Assembly (NCBI GenBank): GCA_963723125.1
Contig: CAVRPQ010000004.1
Span: 230,644-294,643 of the forward strand
Source: an uncultured bacterium
Lineage (GTDB): Bacteria; Verrucomicrobiota; Verrucomicrobiia; Limisphaerales; UBA11358
Reading direction: 5' to 3'
Length of the DNA stretch: 64,000 nucleotides
A program made the translations under genes and the position numbers. Of the stretch, positions 10,087-19,341 are shown in pieces (position 1 is the stretch's first letter; the number at the start of each line of letters is the position of its first letter). Below the pieces are notes generated by a model. The model did no database searches. It saw nothing but the letters and a program-made list of their open reading frames with translations, and had not been told where the DNA came from.

Positions 10087-12548
10087 TTTACAAGTTCACC
10101 AGCAACTTCGGTGGCTGGATAAAAGGCACACACTATTTGAGTGCCCTGACCGGGCGCACTTTTCAAGTCCAAAGTTGAACCAATAACACTGCTGCGGTAA
10201 CGCATGATCCGTATGCCCATCCCCGTGGAACCGACAGGTGATTGAAAGCCCGTGCCATTATCGCGAATGGTCAGCACGAAATGGTCGCTGTCACGCGTAA
10301 TGGAAATCCGGATGCTGGTGGCTTCACCGTGTTTGACGGCATTCAAAACTGACTCCTGAATGATGTAATACAAATGCAACGAAACCGTGTTATCAACCGC
10401 CAGCAACGATTTATCACACGAAAACTGACACTGTATTTTGAACAAACTTTCGGCGTTGGCGGCGAATTCTTCGATCGCCGACACCAGGCCGTTTTCTTCC
10501 AGCCGGACGGGAAACAAGCCGCGCGCCACCCTGCGGGTTTGGGTGATGGTTTCGTTCACGAGACCACCGATCCTTTCCAACTCGGAAGATTCAGCCAGGC
10601 CTTTTTCCTGCAATTGATCAGCCATGATGTCCATGCGATAGGCGATGGCTGCCAGTTGCTGGCAGACGCCGTCGTGCAAATCATGGCCGATGCGCCGTTG
10701 TTCGCGGTTGCTGATTTCCAGAATTTCGCGTTCCAATCGCTTCCGCTCGGTGATATTGCGGGCCATGCTCTCCACCTCGGCATTTTGCCCGGCCTGACTG
10801 ACCAGCCGGGCGCTTAATTCCAATCGGAGGCGCTGTCCTGACGCGCTTATAAACTCCCATTCGGTGGGAGGCAATTCCGCGCCCTGGGTCACCTGCTCAC
10901 ACCATTGCCTGGCGGGCCCGCGTTGTTCTTCCGCGAGAAACTCAACCAGGTTTTTCCCAAGAATCGCCTCGCGCGGACGCTGCAAAAGCCGCTCGCCGGC
11001 TTTATTGATGGAAGTGATGCGGCCGTCCAGGTCATTGGTGAACACCATGTCATTGGCATTCTCAAACAATTCCTCGTAGCGTTGCTTCAGGGAGGCTTCC
11101 GTCTGAAGCTGGTCACGGATGATTCTGGTTTGTTTATGAACGCGCATTCGCAAAACCACAACCCATACAATGGCGCCCAAACCCACCCCTCCGAGGATTC
11201 CAACAGCCCAGAACAGTTTTTGCAGGTCCCACCACGGCGGCCATTGCAGGACCGAAATGTCGCCCGGAGAGCGCATCAATATGCGAAACGATTTGGCGCG
11301 CCAAGCCTCTCCCGCCACCCAGGTGCTGCCGGTTTCGATCAAACAAACCCCGGTGATCGCCACCTTGCTGCCATTTTGCAAATAAGCGAAATCAACGCCG
11401 GGAGAACTGCTTTCCAGATACGCGTGGAAAATGACCCCGCCGGGCGTTTGGAGCACCAGAAACTGATCGGGACTGTGCCGCGCCCGGTCCAGTACGGTGG
11501 CCACAATGCGCACCAGACGGCAGTCGTGGGTTCCTTTCAAGGCTTCGTCGGTGTTGATTAGATCAGGTGTCGGGAGCGGGCCTGACCCGGTTTTTCGGAA
11601 AATCGCATCCTGTAATTCAGGTGTATATTCCCCTTTGGCGGGGAATCCCAAAACCTCCACCTTGTCTCCCGGAAGGACCTTCTCCGATTCCGTGGTTTCC
11701 ACGTGCAATCCTTCCATTTCATCTTCGATGTATAGCGAGTTTCCGAGTTGATAAATGACCGTTCCCGTTACTTTAACCCGGTGGCCATACGGACCTTGCG
11801 GGGTGAACTGCAACAGCTTCTCAATCGTTTGCGTTTCGATCGTAAACGGGTCACTCGCCGCAGCGATGTCAATCGCCAGATCCGTGGGACGGGGAACCAA
11901 AAGTCTGATGTCGAATAACTGCCGCTGGCGGTTGAAACGGGTCACGCAAACACCACGCACCGTTACTGTGCTGTCCACCAAATCGCCGCCTTGCGCCACC
12001 GGCAACTTGCGCGCATAAGCCGTCAATCGCCCCCCGCCCGTGGCAATCTCCACAAAAAAATAACCGCTGGTCTGGTCAAAATACGCGGCCCGAACGATGC
12101 CATGAATCTCCACAAATTGGCTGTCCTCCTGTCCACTGGCCAGTTGCTCAAACGTCACGGGCTTGGCGGCGGGGAAGGTTCCCTGGCCCAGAATCTGGAT
12201 CCGGCGCACCAGCACAACCGGCGCATATTCGCCGGGATCAGCCTCTCCCGTTATCTCCACGAGTTGACCCGCCGCCAAAGGCGGTTGTTCCGGCAAGCCA
12301 TCCAGGGAGAAATAAATGCCCGCCGTGTCATCCTGCACGAATTGGAAGTACTGATTTGCATCGAAGAACGTCACCACGGCCCGCAGTTGCACTGGATAGT
12401 GATTCGTTGCCTGTTCTGGCGTCAATTGTCGCACCAGATCGGCAGTATGCAATTCGTTGAAAGGGGCGTCTTGACCTTCCGAGAACAGACCTCCACCCAC
12501 GAGAACAATCAGCACTACGACCGGCTTCAATTTTCTGATCCAGCCCAT
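10083..12548 (-). CDS. Sensor histidine kinase (large extracytoplasmic domain, TM, PAS, HisKA_3, HATPase_c)
   Basis: The H-box is RIGHDLHDGVCQQLAAI. A PAS region (NANDMVFTNDLDGRITSINKAGERLL) and an ATPase region (TIRDNGTGF...GMGIRIMRYR) are present. I prefer the ATG at 12548 (MGWIRKLKPVVVLIVLVGG, charged N-terminus then TM) over the track's TTG at 12659. Confidence 0.8.
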   Translation of the reverse strand: MGWIRKLKPVVVLIVLVGGGLFSEGQDAPFNELHTADLVRQLTPEQATNHYPVQLRAVVTFFDANQYFQFVQDDTAGIYFSLDGLPEQPPLAAGQLVEITGEADPGEYAPVVLVRRIQILGQGTFPAAKPVTFEQLASGQEDSQFVEIHGIVRAAYFDQTSGYFFVEIATGGGRLTAYARKLPVAQGGDLVDSTVTVRGVCVTRFNRQRQLFDIRLLVPRPTDLAIDIAAASDPFTIETQTIEKLLQFTPQGPYGHRVKVTGTVIYQLGNSLYIEDEMEGLHVETTESEKVLPGDKVEVLGFPAKGEYTPELQDAIFRKTGSGPLPTPDLINTDEALKGTHDCRLVRIVATVLDRARHSPDQFLVLQTPGGVIFHAYLESSSPGVDFAYLQNGSKVAITGVCLIETGSTWVAGEAWRAKSFRILMRSPGDISVLQWPPWWDLQKLFWAVGILGGVGLGAIVWVVVLRMRVHKQTRIIRDQLQTEASLKQRYEELFENANDMVFTNDLDGRITSINKAGERLLQRPREAILGKNLVEFLAEEQRGPARQWCEQVTQGAELPPTEWEFISASGQRLRLELSARLVSQAGQNAEVESMARNITERKRLEREILEISNREQRRIGHDLHDGVCQQLAAIAYRMDIMADQLQEKGLAESSELERIGGLVNETITQTRRVARGLFPVRLEENGLVSAIEEFAANAESLFKIQCQFSCDKSLLAVDNTVSLHLYYIIQESVLNAVKHGEATSIRISITRDSDHFVLTIRDNGTGFQSPVGSTGMGIRIMRYRSSVIGSTLDLKSAPGQGTQIVCAFYPATEVAGELVK

Positions 12549-12655
12549 GATGATTTCTGGAATTTCGAGGAGGTTATGTTTTGTGCATTCTTGTGCATCC
12601 CCAGCGTAAGCAGGCAGAGGAATTTTGCAAGCAAAACACAACATCCGACGGTTTT

Positions 12656-13711
12656 TCAAGGCGATTCCAAGCGGTAAAAAACGGCGCTCTGACTGGGGTC
12701 TGGAGTGACAACGTACGGACTGGTCGTGCCGGGCAAGTCAGACCAGTTGCCGCCAACCAGCGAATTTGTCTGAACCTGCAAATGGCAGACGATATTGGTC
12801 GGCCAACTCAAGGTGAAACTTCCATTGGAGGATTGCGGCGTTACAGATATTGCCATTGGCGCGGTTTGTTCATAAACCCGCACGTAATCCACCTGCATCT
12901 CGGCAGGAAAAGTGGTGCTCGCCTCGACTTGAGCGTTTGTCGGAGTGCCGACGTAGGTTCCGCCCACCGCCAGATTCATGATGAAGAAGAATGGCGCGTT
13001 GAAAGGTGTCGACAAACCGGTATCGGTTTCATAAAGGTTCCCATCCACGTAAAACTGGATTACACCCGGATTCCAGACCAAATCATACGTGTGCCAGTTG
13101 GTGACGGAGTCCGGGCTTGGAAAGTTGTACTTGGCCGTTTTGCTGATTTCACCGCTGCTGGGGCCCCAGTGGAGGCTTCCCTGCACCCAAGTTGGAGTTG
13201 CTCCGCTATTTTCCACGACATCAATCTCTCCGCAGAGGGGCCAGCCAACCCCCGGAGAAGTAATATTGGTGCCCAGCATCCAAAGCGCCGGCCACAAGTA
13301 GCTGCCGGCCGGCAGTTTGGCGCGCCATTCAAAGCGCCCCCCGACCGGTGTGCTGTACAGGCCCTGGGTCTTCATTCGGGCGGAGGTAAAGCTGTAACCG
13401 CTCACGGATTGTTGTAGCGCCACAATGTGCAGCAACCCGTTGCTCACATAAGCGTTCTGCGAACTGCTGGTATAATATTCCAGTTCCTGATTGCCCCAAC
13501 CGCAATTATCGGGACAGTCACTGCCGAGATCGAAGGTCCATTTGGTCGTATCAATCGAAGTGCCGTTGAACTCGTCGCTCCAGACGATATTGGTATCGGC
13601 AAGCGCAATATTGCTCAACAATATCACAACGATGACCATCGCCAAGGCGGGAAGCGGTTTAAATAAGGATGTAGATTGAACAACAGAACCTTGATTACGT
13701 GGACAATACAT
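12656..13711 (-). CDS. GH16 beta-1,3(-1,4)-glucanase/laminarinase with C-terminal FYRL module (GH16-1)
   Basis: It has a signal peptide, then WSDEFNGTSIDTTKWTFDLG...GWGNQELEYYTSSSQNAYVSNGLLHIVA...GEIDVVEN. The 64-aa tail ends in AVFYRLESP. Confidence 0.85.
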   Translation of the reverse strand: MYCPRNQGSVVQSTSLFKPLPALAMVIVVILLSNIALADTNIVWSDEFNGTSIDTTKWTFDLGSDCPDNCGWGNQELEYYTSSSQNAYVSNGLLHIVALQQSVSGYSFTSARMKTQGLYSTPVGGRFEWRAKLPAGSYLWPALWMLGTNITSPGVGWPLCGEIDVVENSGATPTWVQGSLHWGPSSGEISKTAKYNFPSPDSVTNWHTYDLVWNPGVIQFYVDGNLYETDTGLSTPFNAPFFFIMNLAVGGTYVGTPTNAQVEASTTFPAEMQVDYVRVYEQTAPMAISVTPQSSNGSFTLSWPTNIVCHLQVQTNSLVGGNWSDLPGTTSPYVVTPDPSQSAVFYRLESP

Positions 13712-13738
13712 ATTTGAATGCCTTTAAAACGTTAGTAT

Positions 13739-13768
13739 ATTCTACTACAAATTGTGCGATTAAGTCAA
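13739..13768 (-). promoter_or_regulatory. Putative promoter of GH16-1 (TTGACT-N13-TGTAGTAGAAT)
   Basis: The minus strand reads TTGACTtaatcgcacaattTGTAGTAGAAT, about 28 nt upstream of the start. It shares its architecture with three other promoters in the island. Confidence 0.4.
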
Positions 13769-13966
13769 TATTATATTACAAAAACACGCTCTTTTGTTAC
13801 TAGCCTCCAAGCGAAAAACTGTACGTGAACGTTAAGTTTATGGGTTCTGTTCTAGGCGGTAGAACTACGCTGGCCTGAGGACTGCATTTGCAAGGATGTG
13901 TCTGAATTTAGCAGCAGGGGAGCAGTCGTCAGGTTTCATGGCTGGCGTGCCAAAGCCCTCAGACGG

Positions 13967-16900
13967 TCATGGCCCCAAGACGGTACGGTAGAAACGAACC
14001 GGATAGGCCGGGGAATTGGTATCCACCCAAAAGAATGGCAACAACGGCAAATTGGTTGTGAATATGGGAATCCAGGAAGTCAAGTTGGTGGAAGCCATGA
14101 GCGTGTAGTTCGTCCCTGTACTATTGGTGTTGATCCAAAATCCAAACTGGCCGTTGGTGATGGAAGCGCCATAGAGGGCAGGCACGATTGGCTGATTGGG
14201 CGTGGCACTGACCTGGATGGAGTTGGTGCTATCACAGCCGTTATTGACCGCTAAAACCACATAGTAATAGGTCGTCCCATTCGTCACCAAGGAATCAGTG
14301 TAGTTGGTAACTGTCAGTCCGCTGGACAACAGGGTGTACGGCCCACCGCTGACCACCGAGCGTTCCACGTTGTAGCTGGTGGCTCCGCTTACGGTGTTCC
14401 AACTCAAGGCCACCAGCGAGTTGCTTGCGGTCGCCGTCAAACCCACCGGCGCGACCGGCGGCAGGAGGAGAATTTCGATGCCGCTGGATTTGGCGTTGTC
14501 CTTGATGGTGACGTACTGGATGACAATCGTATTCGTGGTGTTAGGAGCCACCATAAACTGTTGGATGTTCGCAATGTCCTCGCCGCCGGACACGGCGAAA
14601 ACGTCGAAGTTCGTCAGGACTTCATTGCCGTTAATGAAAACGTTGAATATCCGATCGTTTGTGGCAGTCCAATAAATTTCTGCAAAGTGGAGGCGCACCA
14701 AGTAGTTCATGCCCTGCGTCAAGTTGGTGAAAGTGTAGGTGAAGTTGCCGTAGCGTTCGGTTTGATAAACCGCCTGGGGTGCGGGATTGGTAACTGCGCT
14801 GGTGTCGATTGCCGCCGTGGTCGAGGCGGCGGTGCCGCCCGAATAATATCCGTCCGTGATGAACTGGTTCGCCGCGCTGCCACCCGAGTTCACGGCCAAT
14901 TCGAAGGCGCCCAGTGTCGCGGCTGCCTCACTCGAGTTGGGGCTTTCGCCAAGAGAGTTCGTGGCTGAAACCACATAGTAGTAACTGGAGCAAGTGGAAA
15001 CGGCGGGGTCAACGTAGCTGTTCGCGGTGGGACTGGCGATGGTAGTGTACGGTCCACCGCTGACCAGCGCGCGTTTCACATTGTAAGCGGTTGCACCGGT
15101 GGAGGCGTTCCAACTCAGATAAACTGCCGCGTTGCCGGCACCCGCTGTCAATCCCGTTGGGGCGGCCGGAACCGTAGGCAACGGCGTACTCAAGCCAATC
15201 CAGTTGATACTAAATCCATTAGTGAGCACTTCCAACCGCAGCGCCTGACTCCCGATGCCACCCGCCAGCGAAACCGTCGGCAAGGTGACCGTCTGCCAGG
15301 TCTGCCCGCCGCCGGTATTGGGAATGTTGACTGTGCCCACCACGGCGCCGTTGAGCCGCACCCGCAGTTGACCGCCGGCCGCAGGTGCAGCCACACGGAG
15401 GCTGATGGTGTAGTTGGCCGTGGGATACGGCAGGTTGACCGTGTATTCCAGCCATTCACCGGTGTTGAGCGAGTTCACGTCGTAGCCGCCGCCCGTGTCC
15501 GAGGTGGGTTCAATCCCCACGTCATCCGACCGGTAAACCCCGCCCGGATTGCCTACCGTGGTGTTGTAGTAGGCCACACTCTCGCCGCCCGTATCGTAGT
15601 TCTCCGCTTGGATGATGTTCGTGCCTCCCGACATGGTGGGAACGGTCCCCCCAAAAGGCTCTTGCGGCTGCGAATAAACTTGCAGTTCCGTCAGCGAATA
15701 ACCAGTGCCCGGCAAACCTTGCTGCGTCCCGTTAATCTGCACATAGCGGCCGCGGCCCGAAACCAGAATGTCCTCTGTGCCGCCGACGTCATTGTTGGTG
15801 CTGAACACTGCCGTCCAGTTGGTTCCGTCAGGTGAAATTTGGATCGTGTAGCTGCTGGCATAATTGCTGTTCCACAGCAGCCGGACCCGGGACAGGTCTT
15901 TGATTAAACCAAGATCCACCTCAATCCATTGCGGGTCGCTGGCCAGCGAGGTCCAGGCGGTGGTGGTGTCTCCGTCCACAGCGGCCGCGCCCGGAGTGTT
16001 GGTGGAAAGCACGGAGGAAACCGTGACCGGCTGGTGCAGCGCCGCGTTGGCCAGATCGCTGGAAGGCACCGACCCCACCGTGAAGGATCCCGTCAAGCGG
16101 ATGTCGCGCGAGGAGGCCCCGACCAGGACTTGAAACGTGCCCGGCGTCACAATCCAGCCGCGCGCGACCGGGTCCCAATTGGCCAGGTCTTCCCAATCCA
16201 GATTGAAGGTGACGGGCTGTGTCTGGCCCGGCGAGAGGGAGATTCTTTGGAATCCTTTGAGCAATTTCGGCGGTTCACCGGCGGCGGCGGGAAAGCCCAG
16301 ATAGATCTGAGGCACTTCTGCGCCCGTTTGGCCGCCGGTATTGGTCAAATCAAACCCGATTTGAACCTGGCCCGAAGGACTCACCGCGCTGACCGTCAGA
16401 TTGCTGTAACCGAACGTCGTGTAGGACAATCCGAATCCAAACGGGAAAAGCGGAGTCACGTTGTTGGCGTCATACCAGCGATAACCGATTTCCAACCCTT
16501 CGGAGTAGGAAGCTTGAAGGTTGATGCCGGGCCATTGGGCGGTGGTGCTCGTGGGCACCTGGCTCGCCGAGGGAGGAATGCTGACCGGTAGTTTTCCTGA
16601 AGGATTTACGTCCCCGAACAGGACTTGAGCCAGCGCGTTGCCATTTTCCTGCCCCGGATACCACGCCATCACAATTCCCGCGACCTGATTGGCCCACGGC
16701 ATCAACGTGGCAGAAGACTCATAGACCACAACAATCGTGTTGGTGTTCACGGCAGCCACGGCGCTGATGAGCGCATCTTCGTTGTTGGGCAGCGACAGGC
16801 TGCTGCGGTCGGAACCTTCGCTGGTTTGCTGGCCGACACACACAATCGCAACGGTGGAATTACTGGCTTGTTGGACTGCGGCGGCGACGCTCGCTCCGTC

Positions 16901-18202
16901 ACCTTGGGCATAATTGATGGTGACACCGCCTCCAGCGCGGCTGGTTATTCCTGCCAGCGGCGTGATGTTGTAGGGCAGATTCACCCCCGCCGAACCCGCG
17001 CCGGTCGAGATCGGCGAAGTGCTGGCCGCCGAGCCGATGACCGCAATGGAATGCACGGACGATCCCAGGGGGAGCAACCCACCGTTGTTTTGCAACAGCA
17101 CAGTACCTTCCGCCGCCTCGCTGCGGGCAAACAGGGCATGCGCCGTGCTGGTCACGGTCGCATTCAGGTTGCCGGTGCTCGGATTATCGAACAAACCGAA
17201 TTGAAACATGCTGGTGAGGATGCGCTGCACCATGCCGTTCAGTTCTGAAGCCGGGACACTGCCTGATTGAATGGCGGTGGTGATGTCGCTGGCTGTAAAT
17301 TGGCCCTCATACATGTCCATATCGAGTCCATTATTCATGCCGTCCACGGTGTCGAAAGTCGCCCCCCAATCGCTCATGATCCAGCCATTGAATCCATACG
17401 CCTTTTTCAAGTCGGTATTGAGCGCCGGCAACTGGCACGCATGAACATTGTTCACCAGATTGTAAGAGGCCATGACCGCGCCAACCCCGGCCCGCACGGA
17501 CGCGCGAAACGGCGCTTCATAGATTTCCTGGAGGGTGCGTGGTTCCACGTCGGCGCTGACCGTTGTGCGGTCGGTCTCCTGATCGTTGCACACAAAATGT
17601 TTGGCGGTGGCGACGATGCCCTGGCTTTGGATGCCGGGAATTTCCGCCGCGGCCATCGCCGCGCTCAGAAACGGGTCTTCGCCATAGCCTTCAAAAGCCC
17701 GCCCGTCCTCGTAAACCCGCGCCATGTTCATCATCGGACCGAGCACCACGCCGACCCCCTTGCCCCGCTCCTCGTTGCCCAGCATCACCCCGTATTGGCG
17801 CGCCAGCGAAACATCCCAACTGGCGGCGAGGGCAATGGGCGCCGGAAACGCCGTCACATTATTGACTCCGTCAGCAACCCCGGCCGGCCCGTCCTGCAAA
17901 AATATCCAGGGAATGCCAAGTCGGGTGTTGTTGGCAATATTGCCTACATAGTTGCTGCCAGCCGGGCCGGCCGTGCCGTAAACCATGGCCGCCTCCTCAC
18001 TAAAGGTCATTTGAGCAAGCAAAAGGCTGGCGCGTTGGCTCGCCGAAAGAGTTGTGTTCGTCCAGGCCTGTGCCTGGAGATGGACCGGCATCGCGCAACA
18101 AAAACCGATGAAACAAACCGCGCGAATAACGTTCAATGGAATCCTCAGGCGAAAACAACGCATAAGATGACCCCGCCGGCGTTCTGCCGGACAATTTTTC
18201 AT
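13967..18202 (-). CDS. GH3 beta-glucosidase with F5/8-type-C (discoidin), CBM6-like, FN3 and malectin-like modules plus a C-terminal FYR module
   Basis: GH3 motifs are FLQDGPAGV, KHFVCNDQE and SDWGA. The discoidin-like stretch is DGDTTTAWTS...QWIEVDLG. The CBM6-like stretch is IIQAENYDTGGESVAYYNTT. The malectin-like stretch is RLHFAEIYWTATNDRIFNVFINGNEV. The tail is ...VRFYRTVLGP. An alternative start is M14 at 18163. Confidence 0.9.
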   Translation of the reverse strand: MKNCPAERRRGHLMRCFRLRIPLNVIRAVCFIGFCCAMPVHLQAQAWTNTTLSASQRASLLLAQMTFSEEAAMVYGTAGPAGSNYVGNIANNTRLGIPWIFLQDGPAGVADGVNNVTAFPAPIALAASWDVSLARQYGVMLGNEERGKGVGVVLGPMMNMARVYEDGRAFEGYGEDPFLSAAMAAAEIPGIQSQGIVATAKHFVCNDQETDRTTVSADVEPRTLQEIYEAPFRASVRAGVGAVMASYNLVNNVHACQLPALNTDLKKAYGFNGWIMSDWGATFDTVDGMNNGLDMDMYEGQFTASDITTAIQSGSVPASELNGMVQRILTSMFQFGLFDNPSTGNLNATVTSTAHALFARSEAAEGTVLLQNNGGLLPLGSSVHSIAVIGSAASTSPISTGAGSAGVNLPYNITPLAGITSRAGGGVTINYAQGDGASVAAAVQQASNSTVAIVCVGQQTSEGSDRSSLSLPNNEDALISAVAAVNTNTIVVVYESSATLMPWANQVAGIVMAWYPGQENGNALAQVLFGDVNPSGKLPVSIPPSASQVPTSTTAQWPGINLQASYSEGLEIGYRWYDANNVTPLFPFGFGLSYTTFGYSNLTVSAVSPSGQVQIGFDLTNTGGQTGAEVPQIYLGFPAAAGEPPKLLKGFQRISLSPGQTQPVTFNLDWEDLANWDPVARGWIVTPGTFQVLVGASSRDIRLTGSFTVGSVPSSDLANAALHQPVTVSSVLSTNTPGAAAVDGDTTTAWTSLASDPQWIEVDLGLIKDLSRVRLLWNSNYASSYTIQISPDGTNWTAVFSTNNDVGGTEDILVSGRGRYVQINGTQQGLPGTGYSLTELQVYSQPQEPFGGTVPTMSGGTNIIQAENYDTGGESVAYYNTTVGNPGGVYRSDDVGIEPTSDTGGGYDVNSLNTGEWLEYTVNLPYPTANYTISLRVAAPAAGGQLRVRLNGAVVGTVNIPNTGGGQTWQTVTLPTVSLAGGIGSQALRLEVLTNGFSINWIGLSTPLPTVPAAPTGLTAGAGNAAVYLSWNASTGATAYNVKRALVSGGPYTTIASPTANSYVDPAVSTCSSYYYVVSATNSLGESPNSSEAAATLGAFELAVNSGGSAANQFITDGYYSGGTAASTTAAIDTSAVTNPAPQAVYQTERYGNFTYTFTNLTQGMNYLVRLHFAEIYWTATNDRIFNVFINGNEVLTNFDVFAVSGGEDIANIQQFMVAPNTTNTIVIQYVTIKDNAKSSGIEILLLPPVAPVGLTATASNSLVALSWNTVSGATSYNVERSVVSGGPYTLLSSGLTVTNYTDSLVTNGTTYYYVVLAVNNGCDSTNSIQVSATPNQPIVPALYGASITNGQFGFWINTNSTGTNYTLMASTNLTSWIPIFTTNLPLLPFFWVDTNSPAYPVRFYRTVLGP

Positions 18203-18277
18203 AAGATTTCCGCCTGGCCCGTGGACAGGAAATGGTTAATCAGAACCAGACTGGTACTCCCCCACACAGCCGGTTTT

Positions 18278-18688
18278 TCAATTCAACTTGGCCGTGCTCA
18301 CTGAAATGAACCATGACAAATCCCCCGACGTGGTACTGGCCGGCCAATTATCCGTATTGGCGGTGGGCGTCGCTGGTTTTTCGTTGATCATTGAAGTATC
18401 CGTCCACTGCCTGACCGCTGAATGTCCGTCGGCATACGCCAGCACACTGCCATTACCATGCAACACCGCGGGACTATTAAACCACTGGGTGGTGTTTCTG
18501 GGATCCAAGGCAAAAAAACCATCGTCAATACTGAAGGGACTTTCTTCGATAAAGACCCAAATCCTGCTCGGACCCGGAGGCGACATGTTTGCCGACTTCG
18601 TGTAGTATGCCCAGCCAGTAACAGCACCACCGCTTGGAGGAGCCCATACGCGCTGTCGTGTTGCCTGGACTGTCCATGGGCTGCACAT
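18278..18688 (-). CDS. C-terminal part of the prepilin-type protein, carrying the H-X9-DG motif (frame-shifted relative to 18525..19226)
   Basis: [13 protein letters not shown] matches H-X9-DG. It is preceded by [22 protein letters not shown], typical of this family. Confidence 0.65.
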   Translation of the reverse strand: MCSPWTVQATRQRVWAPPSGGAVTGWAYYTKSANMSPPGPSRIWVFIEESPFSIDDGFFALDPRNTTQWFNSPAVLHGNGSVLAYADGHSAVRQWTDTSMINEKPATPTANTDNWPASTTSGDLSWFISVSTAKLN

Positions 18689-19226
18689 AGCAATTCATGG
18701 AATAGGTGCGCAGGGCGTGCGCTGAAAAAGCTCCGCCGCCACGGGGAACGACGGTGTGGTCGGCCGGGCAGTGGTAAACGTTGATGTTATTGATATACGG
18801 GTAGAGCAGGCCCGCCATGATCCACCAACTATACTTGGAACCTCCCGGATAGGGACCACCCATCACCTCTGACCCGTTCGCCGCCTGCATATTACCAGGG
18901 CACCAATCGGCACAATTCCCTCCAGGTTGCATAACAGTCTGTTGCCGGGGGTCTGAGTTGGGATTTTCCTGACTTTGACCATTAAGACCCCGGTTGGGCA
19001 CCAGATTATCCTGATTGTCGCCGGCATACATGACCCACGCCGTGATCAACTGCTTCTCGCTGGCCAGACATTGCATGGCGAGGGCCTTCTGCTTGGCCTT
19101 GGCCAGCGCCGGCAACAGCATCGCCGCCAGGATTGCAATAATGGCGATGACCACCAATAACTCAATCAATGTAAAACCGCATGAACAGTAACCGTGCCGC
19201 CTGTTCTTCATTCGATCTGTTTTCAT
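18525..19226 (-). CDS. Prepilin-type N-terminal cleavage/methylation domain protein (N-terminal part; gene interrupted by a frameshift)
   Basis: It has the [33 protein letters not shown] pilin-like leader. Meaningful sequence ends near ...[21 protein letters not shown], where the other frame takes over. Confidence 0.75.
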   Translation of the reverse strand: MKTDRMKNRRHGYCSCGFTLIELLVVIAIIAILAAMLLPALAKAKQKALAMQCLASEKQLITAWVMYAGDNQDNLVPNRGLNGQSQENPNSDPRQQTVMQPGGNCADWCPGNMQAANGSEVMGGPYPGGSKYSWWIMAGLLYPYINNINVYHCPADHTVVPRGGGAFSAHALRTYSMNCYVQPMDSPGNTTARMGSSKRWCCYWLGILHEVGKHVASGSEQDLGLYRRKSLQY

Positions 19227-19341
19227 TTTTTAAACTTTCAATCATGGGCCGGCGCCGATTTTATCCGACGCCGACCCGCACGACGCTACATCATCGCATA
19301 GCCATACCGGTCTTAACACCACTCTTTCGGGTGGGCAATTT

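Noticed and set aside
12549-12659. The track gives a TTG start at 12659 for the sensor kinase, forming a TTGA overlap with the GH16-1 stop.
   Set aside because: The extra 37 residues (MKNRRMLCFACKIPLPAYAGDAQEC...) look non-native. The ATG at 12548 gives a classic charged N-terminus followed by a TM helix. I kept 12659 only as an alternative.
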